Origin: Octopus sinensis
Lineage: Eukaryota
Length of the DNA stretch: 64,000 bases
Assembly: GCF_006345805.1 (NCBI RefSeq)
Contig: NW_021832392.1
Coordinates: 1 to 64,000, forward strand
Direction of reading: 5' to 3'
The position numbers and the translations under genes are program-made. This document shows, piece after piece, positions 12,658-26,167 of this stretch. Each line of letters begins with the position of its first letter. Position 1 is the stretch's first letter. The notes below the pieces were generated by a model, which saw only the letters and a program-made list of their open reading frames with translations, did not search any database and was not told the origin of the DNA.

Positions 12658-13080
12658 GAGAAGAAGATCTTAAGTAACTTTCTGATGAAATTAAATGGAG
12701 TCGTTCAGTTTGTCTGCAAAAGATACAATCGAACGCTACAGTAGCTAAACCTCTTTCGCTTCATTTTTCGGTTACAAAACCAAATGTCTATTTCATATGT
12801 CACCAAAAATCGGAAGATTTTAAAGATACACGCAGACAAACACACACACAGACACACACACGCACGCGCACACGCACACGCACACACACACACAACACCA
12901 CACACATACATATACATACATACATACATACATACATACACATACATCATACATACATATGTATATATATTTCAAATAGAAAATTACCCTTTAACATGCA
13001 ATTTAACATGCTAGAAATAGCAGCAAAGATTGCTACGATCCATTATTTTCTGGCAAATTTTGAAGTCCATGAAAAATAAA
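11365..13080. repeat. SINE tail (minus) plus composite block X, copy 2
   Basis: Same diagnostic strings as 760-2330. Confidence 0.88.
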
Positions 13081-13157
13081 GACCTTTATCTTTTTATATA
13101 TGTATATATATATACATCTACATATATATACACACACACACATATGTATAGATATAT

Positions 13158-13220
<63 letters not shown>

Positions 13221-13240
13221 TATATATATATAATATATAT

Positions 13241-13292
<52 letters not shown>

Positions 13293-13350
13293 AATATCTA
13301 TATATATATATATATATATATATCTATATATATAATAATACATATATATA

Positions 13351-13630
13351 GGGCGCAGAGTGGCTGTGTGGTAAGTAGCTTGTCTACCAACCACATGGTT
13401 GCGGGTTCAGTCCCACTGAGTGTGTATTTGTGTGTCTGTGTTTGTCCCCTAGCATTGCTTGACAACCGATGCTGGTGTGCTTATGTCCCCGATCGGCAAG
13501 AGAGACCGATAGAATAAGTACTGGGATTGCAAAAGAATAAGTCCCGGGGTCAAGTTGCTCGACTAATGGCGGTGCTCCAGCATGGCCGCAGTCAAATGAC
13601 TGAAACAAGTAAAAGAAAAGAATAAAAGAA
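13351..13630 (+). mobile_element. SINE family A, internally deleted
   Basis: Near-identical to 2649-2930. Confidence 0.85.
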
Positions 13631-13991
13631 TATATATATGTACCAGTTTCGCACTTGGGTCGATGTAATCGACTTAATCCCTTTGTCTGTCCTTGTTTGT
13701 CCCCTCTATGTTTAGCCCCTTGTGGGTAGTAAATATATAGATATATAGATATTTCAAAATAGAAAATTACGCTTTAACAGGTAATTTCTACATGCTAGAA
13801 GTAGCAGCAAAATCTTGGCACGATCCATTATTTTCTGGCAAATTATGAAGTCCCGCAGAGATGTATGTATATGTGCATGTACTAGTATTAATACATACAT
13901 TTTTATACTTATTTACGTGTATATATACACGTGTTAGCATATATGTATATCTATCTATATACACACACACACACACCACACACACACACAC

Positions 13992-14054
<63 letters not shown>

Positions 14055-14493
14055 AGTCTGTATATATGTATGAATGTGTGTATGTATGCATGTATCTATC
14101 TATCTAACTATCTATCAATCTATCCATATATATATATATATGCAGATATATTGTACGTGCATGTATTTGTGTGTAAGCATATATCTATGCACATATATAT
14201 ATATATACATTTATACATACATACAAACATATATACATGCATACATACATATGTGCATACACATACACATACACACACACACATATATATTTACAATACA
14301 CACACATGTATAAATGCACATTTAGAAACACATTCATACACACGGCGTATGTAGATGTATGTATGAATGTATGTATTCTTAGAAATATGTTACATATACA
14401 CACACGTTTATATATATGTACACACATACGTACATACATATCTATAGTATATATATATATATATATAATATATATATATATGATATATATATA

Positions 14494-14533
<40 letters not shown>

Positions 14534-14560
14534 TACGTAATTATCTATAGTATGTATATA

Positions 14561-14962
14561 TTACTCTTTTCTCTTTACTGTTCAGTCATTTGACTACGGC
14601 CAAGCTGGAGCACCGCCTTTAGTCGATCAAATCGACCCCGGGACTTATTCTTTGTAAGCTTAGTACTTATTCTATCGGTATCTTTTGCCGAACCGCTAAG
14701 TGACGAGGACGTAAACACACGAGCATCGGTCGTCGAGCAATGTTAGGGGCACAAACACAGACACAAACACACACACACACATATATATATACATATATAC
14801 GACAGGCTTCTTTCAGTTTCCGTCTACCAAATCCACTGACAAGGCATTGGTCGGCCCGGGGCTATAGCAGAAGACACTTGCCCAAGATGCCACGCAGTGG
14901 GACTGAACCCGGAGCCATGTGGCTGGTTAGCAAGCTACTTACTACAGAGCCACTCCTGCGAC
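14561..14962 (-). mobile_element. SINE family A, full length
   Basis: Paralog of 3878-4296. Confidence 0.85.
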
Positions 14963-15116
14963 TATATTCATTTTTCTGCATTTAACACAGCTGAGACGCC
15001 GTACACTCACACATGTATGTGCATGTATACACATAAATATATATGTTTATATATGCAATAGAAATATGCACGCATATGTATGTATAAGTTTATATATATA
15101 TAAGTTTAATATAATA

Positions 15117-15149
<33 letters not shown>

Positions 15150-15327
15150 ATATATATATACATCATACATATATACCTACATATAGATATGTATTTACGT
15201 ATGTGTGTATATATATATATAATATATATATATATGTAGATGTATGTATGAATGTATCTATTCTTAGAAATATGTTACATATACACACACGTTTATATAT
15301 ATGTACACACATACGTTCATACATATC

Positions 15328-15384
<57 letters not shown>

Positions 15385-15413
15385 GTAAATACATATCTAT
15401 ATGTATGTATATA

Positions 15414-15633
15414 TTACTCTTTTACTCTTTTACTTGTTTCAGTCATTTTGACTGCGGCCATGCTGGAGCACCGCCTTTAGTCGATCAAATCGACCCCGGG
15501 ACTTATTCTTTGTAAGCTTAGTACTCATTCTATCGGTCTACTTTGCCGAACCGCTAAGTGACGTAAACACACTAGCATCGGTTGTCAAGCAATGCTAGGG
15601 GGACAAACACAGACACACAAACACACACACACG

Positions 15634-15640
<7 letters not shown>
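15414..15640 (-). mobile_element. SINE family A 3' half (5' half displaced to ~23552 by the Helitron)
   Basis: Matches 8442-8660. A SINE head resumes after the Helitron 5' end. Confidence 0.75.
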
Positions 15641-15686
<46 letters not shown>

Positions 15687-15807
15687 TAGCAGCATAGCCC
15701 GGCGTTGCCCGGGTATGTAAGAGCCCCTAATAGGCAACGACTAATCCCAATGTAGTCCTTTCCCTCCAGGGAACGAAGGTGCATGTGGACGTTGCAATGT
15801 CTTGTCT

Positions 15808-18043
15808 TCACTGGAATACTTCTGTATATACGATGTTCCTAGCTATCCGTTTGGGCGAAAACATGAAAACATCATTGCGCCTCCCAACGCGTGAACAGCC
15901 CACGTAGAGTTGACCGTGGGCGAAGCACTGTTCGCCCAAATGTAACCCAGCGACTTGTAGCGTTTGGCCTTGGGATTTATTGATGGACATTGCGAAGCAG
16001 AGTTTAACAGGAAACTGAGAACGCCTGAAGTGGATTGAAGGTGCATCCGTGGAATGAAGACGTCCTCTCCATTCCCACAACCGGTAAGTATTGTGGCCGT
16101 TATTAAATGTGGTGCCAATGTTTCACACACCAAACGTGTGCCGTTGCACTGTTTAGGTGGAACCAAATTCCTGATGAGCATAATGGCGCACCGACTTTTA
16201 ACTTCAGGATGTGTGGTGGCAGGCCTGGCGGTTCAAGTGAATTCAGGAATTCAACAGGATAATCGGCAAGCTGGGCGGGGTCTGCTGTCCTATCTATAGA
16301 TTTGTAACGTGGACATCACCAGGAATAGCTTCAAGTAGCTGGACATTGATGAGGTGACGGTTGTATTTTTGGGTGCGAGAATAGCTCTGCCTGCCAGCCA
16401 TTTTAGGTCGCGTAAATTGTTTTGTAGGTCGTGGAAGACAGCGTCCCGGAGGCTAACAGGGGTGTCGACAATGGTGCAAAGTGAGTCCAATTGAACGTAG
16501 CCATCCGCATCAGACAGCATCCTATTTTCACCGAGCGATAAGAGGTCCCTGGAGAATGCAGCGGATCCGCTGTCACCAATTAACTGCGCGCGCATGTTAG
16601 TTTGGAGGTGCAAGGGCCGCACATGTGCCCAAAGAGCTGACGACTTAAGGCACGCGAACACGGCATCGGCACGGGTTCCTTTTGGAATAACAGTTAGAGT
16701 CTGCCTGAAGTCTCCTGAAAGAAGTAAAGTTAATCCTCCCATGGGGGCCGTAGAGTCTCTGATGTCTTGCAGGGACCTGTCCAGTGCCTCAAGGGCGCCT
16801 TTGTGTGCCATAGTGCACTCGTCCCATACGATGAGTTTGCATCTGCGCAGAATGTCGGCATGTTCTGAGTTCTTGGCGATGTTGCAGATAGGTGACTCGG
16901 ACTTTGCCAGATCGAGCGGGAGTCTGAAGGCAGAGTGGGCGGTTCTGGCACCGGAAGCAACGTGCCGCGATACCAGAGGAAGCTACAGCCAGGGCAATGT
17001 CCGTGTTGCGTCTGACCTCTGCCAATTAGTTTAGTGACGAAGGTTTTGCCAGTGCCGCCGGGTGCATCAAGGAAGAAAATCCCTCCACGTTGCTGTCTGA
17101 CAGAGTCTACGATGGTGTTGTAGGCTATGCGCTGGTCTGGAAGCAGCCGTGGTTCATTATCTTGGACGTACTGGTGCAGTTCCTCAATGCAGTAGGAAGT
17201 TTCGCGTAACAATTCAGCAGACATAACATTGGCGTGTTCACGTGTGGGTGGTGGAAGGCCGTACTCTGTTAAAGCAGACCCACCCATATCGATGACAGCG
17301 TCTTCGAGTTGAATTAGCGCAAAATTGTAAATGAAGTTGGTGAACGTGATCTCGGCGGAAGGGCAGTGTTGCAGAGCCGTACGTAAGAAGTCGTGCGACA
17401 TGTCATCCCTGTATTTCATCCAGAGACTTAGTGGATCACTAAGCTGACATTTTTGAAGAAGGATTGCGAAAAGATGTCGTAGGGCCGAATGCGTTTGCAG
17501 TAAAGCGCCCTCTGCCATCGTGGCGTCCCACTGGGAGTCATCCTCTAGAAGGTCAAGTCTCATACATGCTTCCCTGAAGGTGTCGCACAGAACCCCATTG
17601 ATGGTACGTATATTGGCGAAACCTGTTGGACCATTGACCTCATGTAGAAGGAGACGGAGGTAGAAGCACTCTTGCTGGTTTGGCGGGATGTTGTAAACTC
17701 GACCCAGGCAGAAGTCAAACTTGACGCCTGGGAAGCCTTCGACGTTTTTGCCGGATTTCCGTCGAACCCAGTGTTTTTTTTAGACCACACGAAGTACGAT
17801 GGGACCTGTGGGTACAAAAGCGTTCGAGCGAAGTCATCACGTTGGCATAATTTGAAGAAACCAGTCAACGTTGTGTCTTTAGGGCTGGTGGCTATCTGCA
17901 CAGCACTTTGCTCTGTGAAGTAAATCCGCTGTCCATTTTCCAAGTGTACAGCAAGCTGCACCACAGCCGGGTGTCTCTGATGGAGCGGGAAGCCGTAAAT
18001 GCGCCAAAACGCTTCGTTGCTGCTGAGGTACCGGCCAGCCAAG

Positions 18044-18089
<46 letters not shown>

Positions 18090-21000
18090 ATTTGGCTCAA
18101 AAGCAAATAGCAAGGCCATGTAGGGGGACATGGAGTTAAGTACAGGGTGGTGTTCATGTAAAGAGTTCAGGCCACTTGAGGTCCAGGGAGGCTCTGAACA
18201 AAGCGGTCGTCGGCATCTTCACCATCTCGTCTGGCAGCTTGTTCCACGGATCCGCAACCCGGACGGAGAAAGCTCCTCTCCTTCGATTGAGATGAAATCG
18301 TCGCAGGTAGAGCTTTTCGGAATGACCCCGCAGCCGACGCTCCGGAGCAGGAGTGAAGAACAGCTCTTTCGAGAGGTTACACTTCCCGCTTATGATGTTG
18401 TGGGCGAGAATGAGATCACCACGGCGGCGGCGGCGTTTTTCAAGAGAATAAAGGTCGAGCGTCCTCCTCAGCCTTTCTTCGTAGGACAAATTTTTGAGAC
18501 CATGAACCATGCGGGTAGCCAGCCTCTGGACTCTTTCGAGATGCTGTATGTCTTTGAGAAGATAAGGAGAAGAGGCTTGAATCCCATACTCCAATATGGG
18601 TCTCACCAGCGTGACATAGAGTGGCAGGAATATGGCTGCTGTGAGCATTCCGAATGACCGTCGAATCAAAAACAGAATTCCGCGCGCTTTGTTGGCAGCA
18701 TGGAAGGCACTGGGCCGAAGGCGATAAGGAGGAATCCACCAAGATACCCAGGTCCTTTACCTGATCGGTCCTCTCCAGCAGCAGACGACCCGGCTCGAAA
18801 TCAAGTTGAGTTGCAGGAGTAGAGCCGACAGGCAGATGACAGCACTTTGACACGTTCAGACACAGGTCCCAATCGTTAGACCACTTCCAAATTTGGTGGA
18901 GGCATCGACGAAGATCCTATATACTACCGCGAGGAGCGACCAGTTTGATATCGTCGGCAAATAGAAGGGTGTGTTGCGTGAGGTCGTCGGGCAAGTCATT
19001 TATGAAGACTAAGAACAACAAGAGCCCAAGCACTGAACCTTGAGGCACGCCACTGCTCGCACTGGAGACGTCGGACCGCGAACCATTAACTTGAACTTGG
19101 AAGGAGTGATCTGAGAGGAAGGCACCAACCCATCGTACAATATCCGGATGGAAACTATATGCTCGGTGGTTTACCGAGTCAAAAGCTTTGGCAAAGTCCA
19201 ATAAAACGATGTCAACAGCATCACTATCATCGAGGATGCACGTCACCAATTCTTCCATTACTAGTAAGTTGGTCAAGCATGATCTCTTCGGCACGAAGCC
19301 GTGTTGGGAATCAGTGATCGAGGCTGTGTTTAGGAGGTGGAGCATCATACTTTTCTTAAGGATGGTTTCGAACATCTTGCTGATTATTGATGTAAGGGAA
19401 ACCGGTCGGTAGTTAAGCGGGTCTTCGCGGCTCCCTTTCTTGAAAATTGGCAGATTATCGCTGTTCTCCAGTCTGCAGGTATAACACCCGTCGCCAATGA
19501 CATATTGAATAGTCGTGTTAAGGGCTCGCAGATGACCGGAGCCAACGCTTTGATAACCGTGGGTGTATGCCATAAGGGCCGTGACCCTTGTTGACATCGA
19601 TGCCTTGGATAACACGTTTGACTTCGTCCGCGTGATGATCAATCGAAGCATTGGAGGTACCGATCTATCAAATGGAGGGGGTTCACGACCATCATCTTGT
19701 TTGAAAATAGTTGGACACTTCGTCGCGACTGGTGGTCCTCTGGATGCTGAACATGGCAACATCGCTGCCTTTGTTGATATATTTGCAGACATATTGTATT
19801 GACCTGATGGAGCTGCAGAACTCAACGTTGACGTGGGCTTTGAATATCTTCGACAGGAGAGGACAGTAGGGGACAATGTAGCTGTTGTCCACTTGATGTC
19901 GCCCAACCGTAATCGTGCGGCCTCCATTGGCTCGACTCCTTCGTTTGTACAGCGGATACCCATCGCCGCCTGTTTGAGTCTCCAAAGTGAACCGTTTAGG
20001 GAATCCCTCCTTTGAGCAGGCTAATCCGTTTTTGTAGCATGGTGTGTTGGCGTAATTTGGTCCACAGGGCCCGTGTACCATGGTAGTGCGGACAATTTCG
20101 TAGAGTCCGGGGTCCTCATCGGGGTCAGGAATCTCGGCGGAAATGAATTTGTCAATGTCATTAGTCTCGATTTTATGAGTGAGCCAAATTAAGACGTGAG
20201 CATGTGGCAAGCCCCTCTTTTGCCACTCGACCGAAAACGTGGCACCTGACATGCCCGAAAATCTGACCCTTAACTATCAAATCCTTAATTTTGCCCAAAT
20301 TCAGACGGAAAACCCTAGCAACGATGTCGTGTCGATGGGTGTGAGATTGACCCGGGAGGAGTTCGCGAGTGATTTCGTCGCAGCTGGGATTGCACGTGTA
20401 GGTGATAAAGAGGTCCGGCCGGCCGTAAATGCGCACGTAGGTCAAGGCGTCTTGGGTCCTTTCACGCATATATCGCGGTCGTCCCGTGAAGGTGGAGGGT
20501 AGAATGCATGGCTTGCCGATGTTGCGAGGGTCATTTTCTTGTTGCAAACCGTCACGGAGATGAATGTAGGAGTCGGAGCGAAGTTTGGTCTGATTAAGTT
20601 TAATGTATAGCAGCCTTTCCGATTCCATTTTTGCGGCCATGTCGACGGCGAACTGGTTGAATAGCTGACGACAACGGGGCAATAAGCTGAACTCACCCTC
20701 CCTGACCATGAACCGATATGAGTAGAACGCCCTGCAGGAAACCGTCTTTGATGCCGCAGTAGTTTGATTGGAGGGCTGCCGTAAAGGAATTCCGAAGTGG
20801 TAGCCGTCTTCACCATAAGGGAAAAGCAATGGATACTGAAGCGCGTCATAAGATCTGTGAGTCTCGCTGATCCTGTGTAGGTTGTTACCACGGGAGGAGA
20901 TGATTATGTCACGGCTGTTGTGCCGCTCTCCGTGTATGACTGCGGCAATTTCGTTGCACGCAGGTGCGTTGAAACGGCGTTCGTGCTCCCCGTGGGGTCG

Positions 21001-22328
21001 TTTATCAGCATCAATGACAACGGTGAAGTTTGGAGATGGAACACTGTCCAAGACATATCTGAAGCTGCAGACGTAGCTGTTGATATCATGAAGCATGGTT
21101 TGGAGACGGAGAAGAATGTCTTTGCGGCGGGGAACATAGCTTGTACCCGGTATTATTCCAAGGCGTGCATCAACCTGGTGGTTGTAGTCGGCAATGAAGT
21201 ATATTTGGAGGAAAGAAGACTGCTGGATCTCGTCTGGCAGAAGTGACCCAATAAGATGGTAGACCTGTCCCTGCACTTTGAAAGTAGGCATCCAGCCTTC
21301 TCTGGGAGGAATTTTGGCCCCGAAAGAGGTCATTTGGAATGAGCAGTTGTACTTTCGAATTATTTCAAGGAATTGTGACGATTCGGGGGTTAAACCCGCC
21401 GCGAGATCCTTCAGTGGTTGAGGTGGTTCCCGTAGGGGTGGCAGGTCCACTTTGCCACCAGAGCAGCAGCACAAACCAGGTGGCTCTCCGGGCCATTTCT
21501 TGGCTTTGCAAAACTGGCATACAATTCTCATTGACCCTATCTTGATGTCGTCACGCAAGGAGAAGTTAATTGTGGCGTCGTAGTTGAATGCTATAGTGAC
21601 AACCAGAAAGCGGGGGAAGGGGTACGTACACCAAGAATGATATCCCGACGTTTGTTGATACTCTCAAGTCGAGTGCACCGTGCCTCAGCAGATTCAGATG
21701 CACGTGCGACAGCGGTAGCAGTGGCATCCCTTGAAAGCCTTTCAGCTCTCGCCTCAGCACCCTCTGAAGCCCTAGCAGAAGCAGTGTTAATGGCCTGTCT
21801 GGATGTCCGAATATTTCGTTGGTGCGGAGTTTCGGCAGATCGAGCCCTGGCTGTGTTTGCGGCGTTAGCAGCTTGGCGAGCTCTCCTCTGTTGAGGTGTT
21901 TCGGCAGCTTGGGCTATGGCTTTGTTTGCGGCGTCAGCATCTTGGCGAGTTCTCCTCTGCTGTGAGGTTTCGACAGATCGTGTCCTGGCGGTGCTAGTGG
22001 CGTTAGCCGCATTCCGAATGGCCCTTCTTTGTTCGGGGTTCTCGCGAGCTCTGCGGATGGAAGCACAGTAAGAAGCCCGCATGTTTTGGCTGGACTGTTG
22101 CTCTTTCGTCAACCTCGAGCGGAGGGAAGATCTGTACGCTGCGACCCTTGCAAGTCGGGTAGAACGGTCGCTAGTAGTTTCAGATGCCTGAGCAGCGGCA
22201 TAACGGGAAGCTGTTTGCGAGAAGCGCAAGGCGGTTTCCTCGTGGGTCTCGCGTGCCCTTCTAGCCCTAGCAGCCGATGCCTTGGCCGTCCGAGGGCTGA
22301 GGAGGGTCCTTCTCTTCTTGGGTGGCAT
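15808..22328 (-). pseudogene. Helitron Rep/PIF1-helicase, frameshifted and interrupted
   Basis: Starts MPPKKRR at 22328 with 23-aa ET..QR repeats. Rep motifs GRPDLFITYTCNP, EWQKRGLPHAH and YVCKYINKG. Helicase motifs DAPGGTGKT, WDEC, GDFRQ, INKSQGQTL and HGQLYVGCSRV. Multiple frameshifts. Confidence 0.93.
18049..19707 (-). mobile_element. 5'-truncated CR1-like LINE nested in the Helitron, (TAAC)n tail
   Basis: NYRPVSL, QHGFVP, LDFAKAFD, GVPQGSVLG, FADD, SLEKRR, RLRGH and WNKLP motifs. TAGTT is duplicated at 18044-18048 and 19708-19712; removing the insert restores SRDEVSNYLAGRY. Confidence 0.92.
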
Positions 22329-23551
22329 TTTGGTGGATAGCAATGTGTTTGGCAAAGGTGTAATAAAAAGGAACACGTGGGGTAAGTATTTTGGTGGATA
22401 GCAATGTGTTTGGTAAAGGTGTAATAAAAAGGAGCTCGTGGGGTAAGTATCCGAAAATGTATAAAAATGTACAAAAACGGCCAAAAAGCGGGTAGCAATG
22501 TGAGTGACAACAACGAAAAAGTCAAAAGTGATCAAACTGAACAAACGAAAGGAAAAGTTTTTTTGATGCACACGACAAAAGTGGTTTATAATAAACCAAG
22601 AGTTTGCAAGTAGCGTCCGAGGACCGTTAGGGTACGTCAAAAATTGAAGGTAAAACGTTTGGGGTGGTAGTTATAAAGAAAGTTTAAACAAAAAAAGTAT
22701 TCGAATAACTTGCGGCTGCAGCAGCTATTAGCAGAAGTGGCGGTGTTGGGGGTAAAGTCTCGAATGTAATTTCTTCCTGGTAGGAATTGGTTGGATCGAA
22801 TTATCGATAGCTAACAAGGTCAAGTTGCGTCCCCTAGGCAGTCTGGTTTGTGTTTAATACACAAATTTGTTTGCTATGTGTGCCACATATGATTAAATTA
22901 ACCGATTTTTTCCAATAATGTATCCTATTGGAATAAAAAGGGCTATATAGCTCCTTGGAGCAGACATGATGCTCGTTGTGAAAAAAAAAAAAAAATTCCT
23001 GCCAATTTGCGAAAGATATTGTCGAAAATATGTCATCTTGAATTTGAACGCGATTTCCCAAAATGGCATGATTTTATCGACTGTTTCTGATGGTAGGGTA
23101 TTGCATGGAAAACTAACTTCAGAATTGAGTTTCTTAGGGTAACATTAAGCTTCACCATGAGTTTGGTGAAAATCGATTGCAAGTTGTGAAAACTACCATA
23201 GATAATGCGTTGCATAAAAAAAGGTTAGATTCTCGAGTTGCGTCCCCTAGATAGTCTGTGGTTCGTGTTTCTGATTCTCGACCCCATGTCGAATTTATCA
23301 ATTTTTTTCAGAACTGGGGGAACTTTTCAAAATTTTCGCTACGTTAGTTTTGAATTATGACATTGGGCTATGTGTGTGTCAAGTTTCATCAGAATCGGTT
23401 GAAAGCCGTGGTCAGAGTGAGGGTACGAGAAAACAGACACACAGAAACACGCACAGACAAACTGCCGTTTATATATATTATATATATAATTATATATATA
23501 TAATATATATATATATATTATATTATATATATATATATATATACATATATA

Positions 23552-23891
23552 CGACAGGCTTCTTTCAGTTTCAGTCTACCAAATCCACTCACAAGGCATT
23601 GGTCGGCCCTGGGCTATAGCAGAAGACACTTGCCCAAGATGCCACGCAGTGGGACTGAACCCGGAGCCATGTGGTTGGTTAGCAAACTACTTACCACACA
23701 GCCACCCCTAAGTCTATATACATATATACGACAGGCTTCTTTCAGTTTCCGTCCACCAAATCCACTCACAAGGCATTGGTCGGCCCGGGGCTATAGCAGA
23801 AAACACTTGCCCAAGATGCCACGCAGTGGGACTGAACCCGGAGCCAAGTGGTTGGTTAGCAAGCTACTTACCACACAGCCACTCCTGCGCC
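23552..23891 (-). mobile_element. Two tandem SINE family A heads
   Basis: The cgacaggcttc...accacacagcc unit occurs at 23552-23707 and 23729-23891. Confidence 0.8.
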
Positions 23892-23979
23892 TATATATAT
23901 ATACATATATATATATATACGTAAACATATACATATACATACATAAACATATACATATATATATATATATGTTTTTATT

Positions 23980-24995
23980 TTCCTTGTTTCAGTCATCTAA
24001 CTGTGGCCATGCTGGAGCATCGCCTTTAGTCGAGCAAATCGATCCCAAGACTTATTCTTTTCAAGCCTAGCGTTTCTTACCAAGCGGCTAATTGACGGGG
24101 ATGTAAACACCCCAGCATCGGTTGTCAAGCGATGTTGAAGGGGGACAAACAGACACAAACACTCACACACACACATATATGTATACATTTATATACGATG
24201 GGCTTCTTTCAGTTTCTATCTACAAAATCTATTCATAAATACACACACACACACACACACCACACACACACATATGTGTGTTTTCCTTTCTGTGTCTGCG
24301 TGCGCGCGTTTCCAGTTTATTGCTTGTGCGTGTGTGTGTGTGTGTGTGTGTGCGCTCTAGTGTGTGCGTGTGTGTGTGCGTGTGAGTGTGTAACTGAGTA
24401 TTTTCATTTTTGTGTGTGTGTGTGTTGTGTTTGTCCGTATGTATGTGTGCGTGTGTGAGTGTGAGTGTGCGTGTGTATTTTCGTTTCTGTGTGTGAGTGT
24501 TTGAGTGTGTAACTGTGCATTTTCAATTTTGTGTGTGTATGCTTGTGGGCGTTTGTGTGTGTGTCGTTACGCACGCACTGGTGTCGAAAGGCACAAACGC
24601 ACACATACACACACACAATTGAAAATACAGTCACACACGTACACACCTTTTCCCTGAGTTGCTTAGCAACGGGTTATAATAGAGAAGAATAGTTTTATAT
24701 TGAGAGGGAGAGAGAAACTTATATGTTGTATAGTGAGTTAAATACAGACAGACAGACAGACAGACAGAGAGAGAGGGGTAGACAGAGAGAGAGAAGAAGG
24801 CCTTAAGTACTGATGAAATTAAATGGCGTGAGTGGGGTGGGTCAGCAAAAGATACAGAAAATTCAGGTATCCTGTCAACAGAAACTTTGCATTTCCAATT
24901 CTGTCTCAGATACAATCTAACTTTACAATGGCAAACGAAATGAAATGTATATTTCAAGTCAGCGATAATCGGAAGATTTTAAAAATACACGCAGA

Positions 24996-25030
<35 letters not shown>

Positions 25031-25600
25031 TTGAAAATACAGTCACACACGCACACACCTTTTCCCTGAGTTGCTTAGCAACGGGTAATAATAGAGAAAA
25101 ATAGTTTTATATTGAGAGAGAGAGAAACTCATATGTTAGATAGTGAGTTAAATACAGACAGAGAGAGAGCGTAAAAGACAGAGAGAGAGAGACAGACAGA
25201 GAGAAGAAGATCTTAAGTAACTTTCTGATGAAATTAAATGGAGTCGTTCAGTTTGTCTGCAAAAGATACAATCGAACGCTACAGTAGCTAAACCTCTTTC
25301 GCTTCATTTTTCGGTTACAAAACCAAATGTCTATTTCATATGTCACCAAAAATCGGAAGATTTTAAAGATACACGCAGACAAACACACACACAGACACAC
25401 ACACGCACGCGCACGCGCACACGCACACGCACACACACACACACACATACATACATACATACATATGTATATATATTTCAAAATAGAAAATTACCCTTTA
25501 ACATGCAATTTTAACATGCTAGAAATAGCAGCAAAGATTGCTACGATCCATTATTTTCTGGCAAATTTTGAAGTCCATGAAAAATAAAGACCTTTATCTT
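23980..25600. repeat. SINE tail plus composite block X, copy 3
   Basis: Diagnostic strings as in copy 1. Confidence 0.88.
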
Positions 25601-25679
25601 TTTATATATGTATATATATATACATCTACATATATATATATACACACACACACATATGTATAGATATATAGATATATAG

Positions 25680-25710
<31 letters not shown>

Positions 25711-25751
25711 ATATACATAAATATATAACTATATAAATATATATATATAAA

Positions 25752-26126
<375 letters not shown>

Positions 26127-26167
26127 CTTATTTTATCGAACTTTCGTTAGCTTTGGCTGCCATTTCT

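Larger units (their letters stand above)
15686..23475 (-). mobile_element. Formerly autonomous Helitron (RepHel), ~7.8 kb including a nested LINE
   Basis: 3' end has hairpin cccgg-gcaacg-ccggg then CTAG|T at 15686. RepHel coding remnants are present. The 5' region 'tatatataaacggcagtttgtctg' lies near 23475; the terminal TC is not resolved inside (TA)n. Confidence 0.92.

Noticed and set aside
18044-18090. (TTAG)n as an interstitial telomere
   Set aside because: It is the (TAAC)n 3' tail of the nested LINE and differs from TTAGGG/TTAGG.
21591-22640. 349 aa ORF starting at 22640
   Set aside because: The first ~105 codons are low-complexity leader; the credible start is MPPKKRR at 22328.
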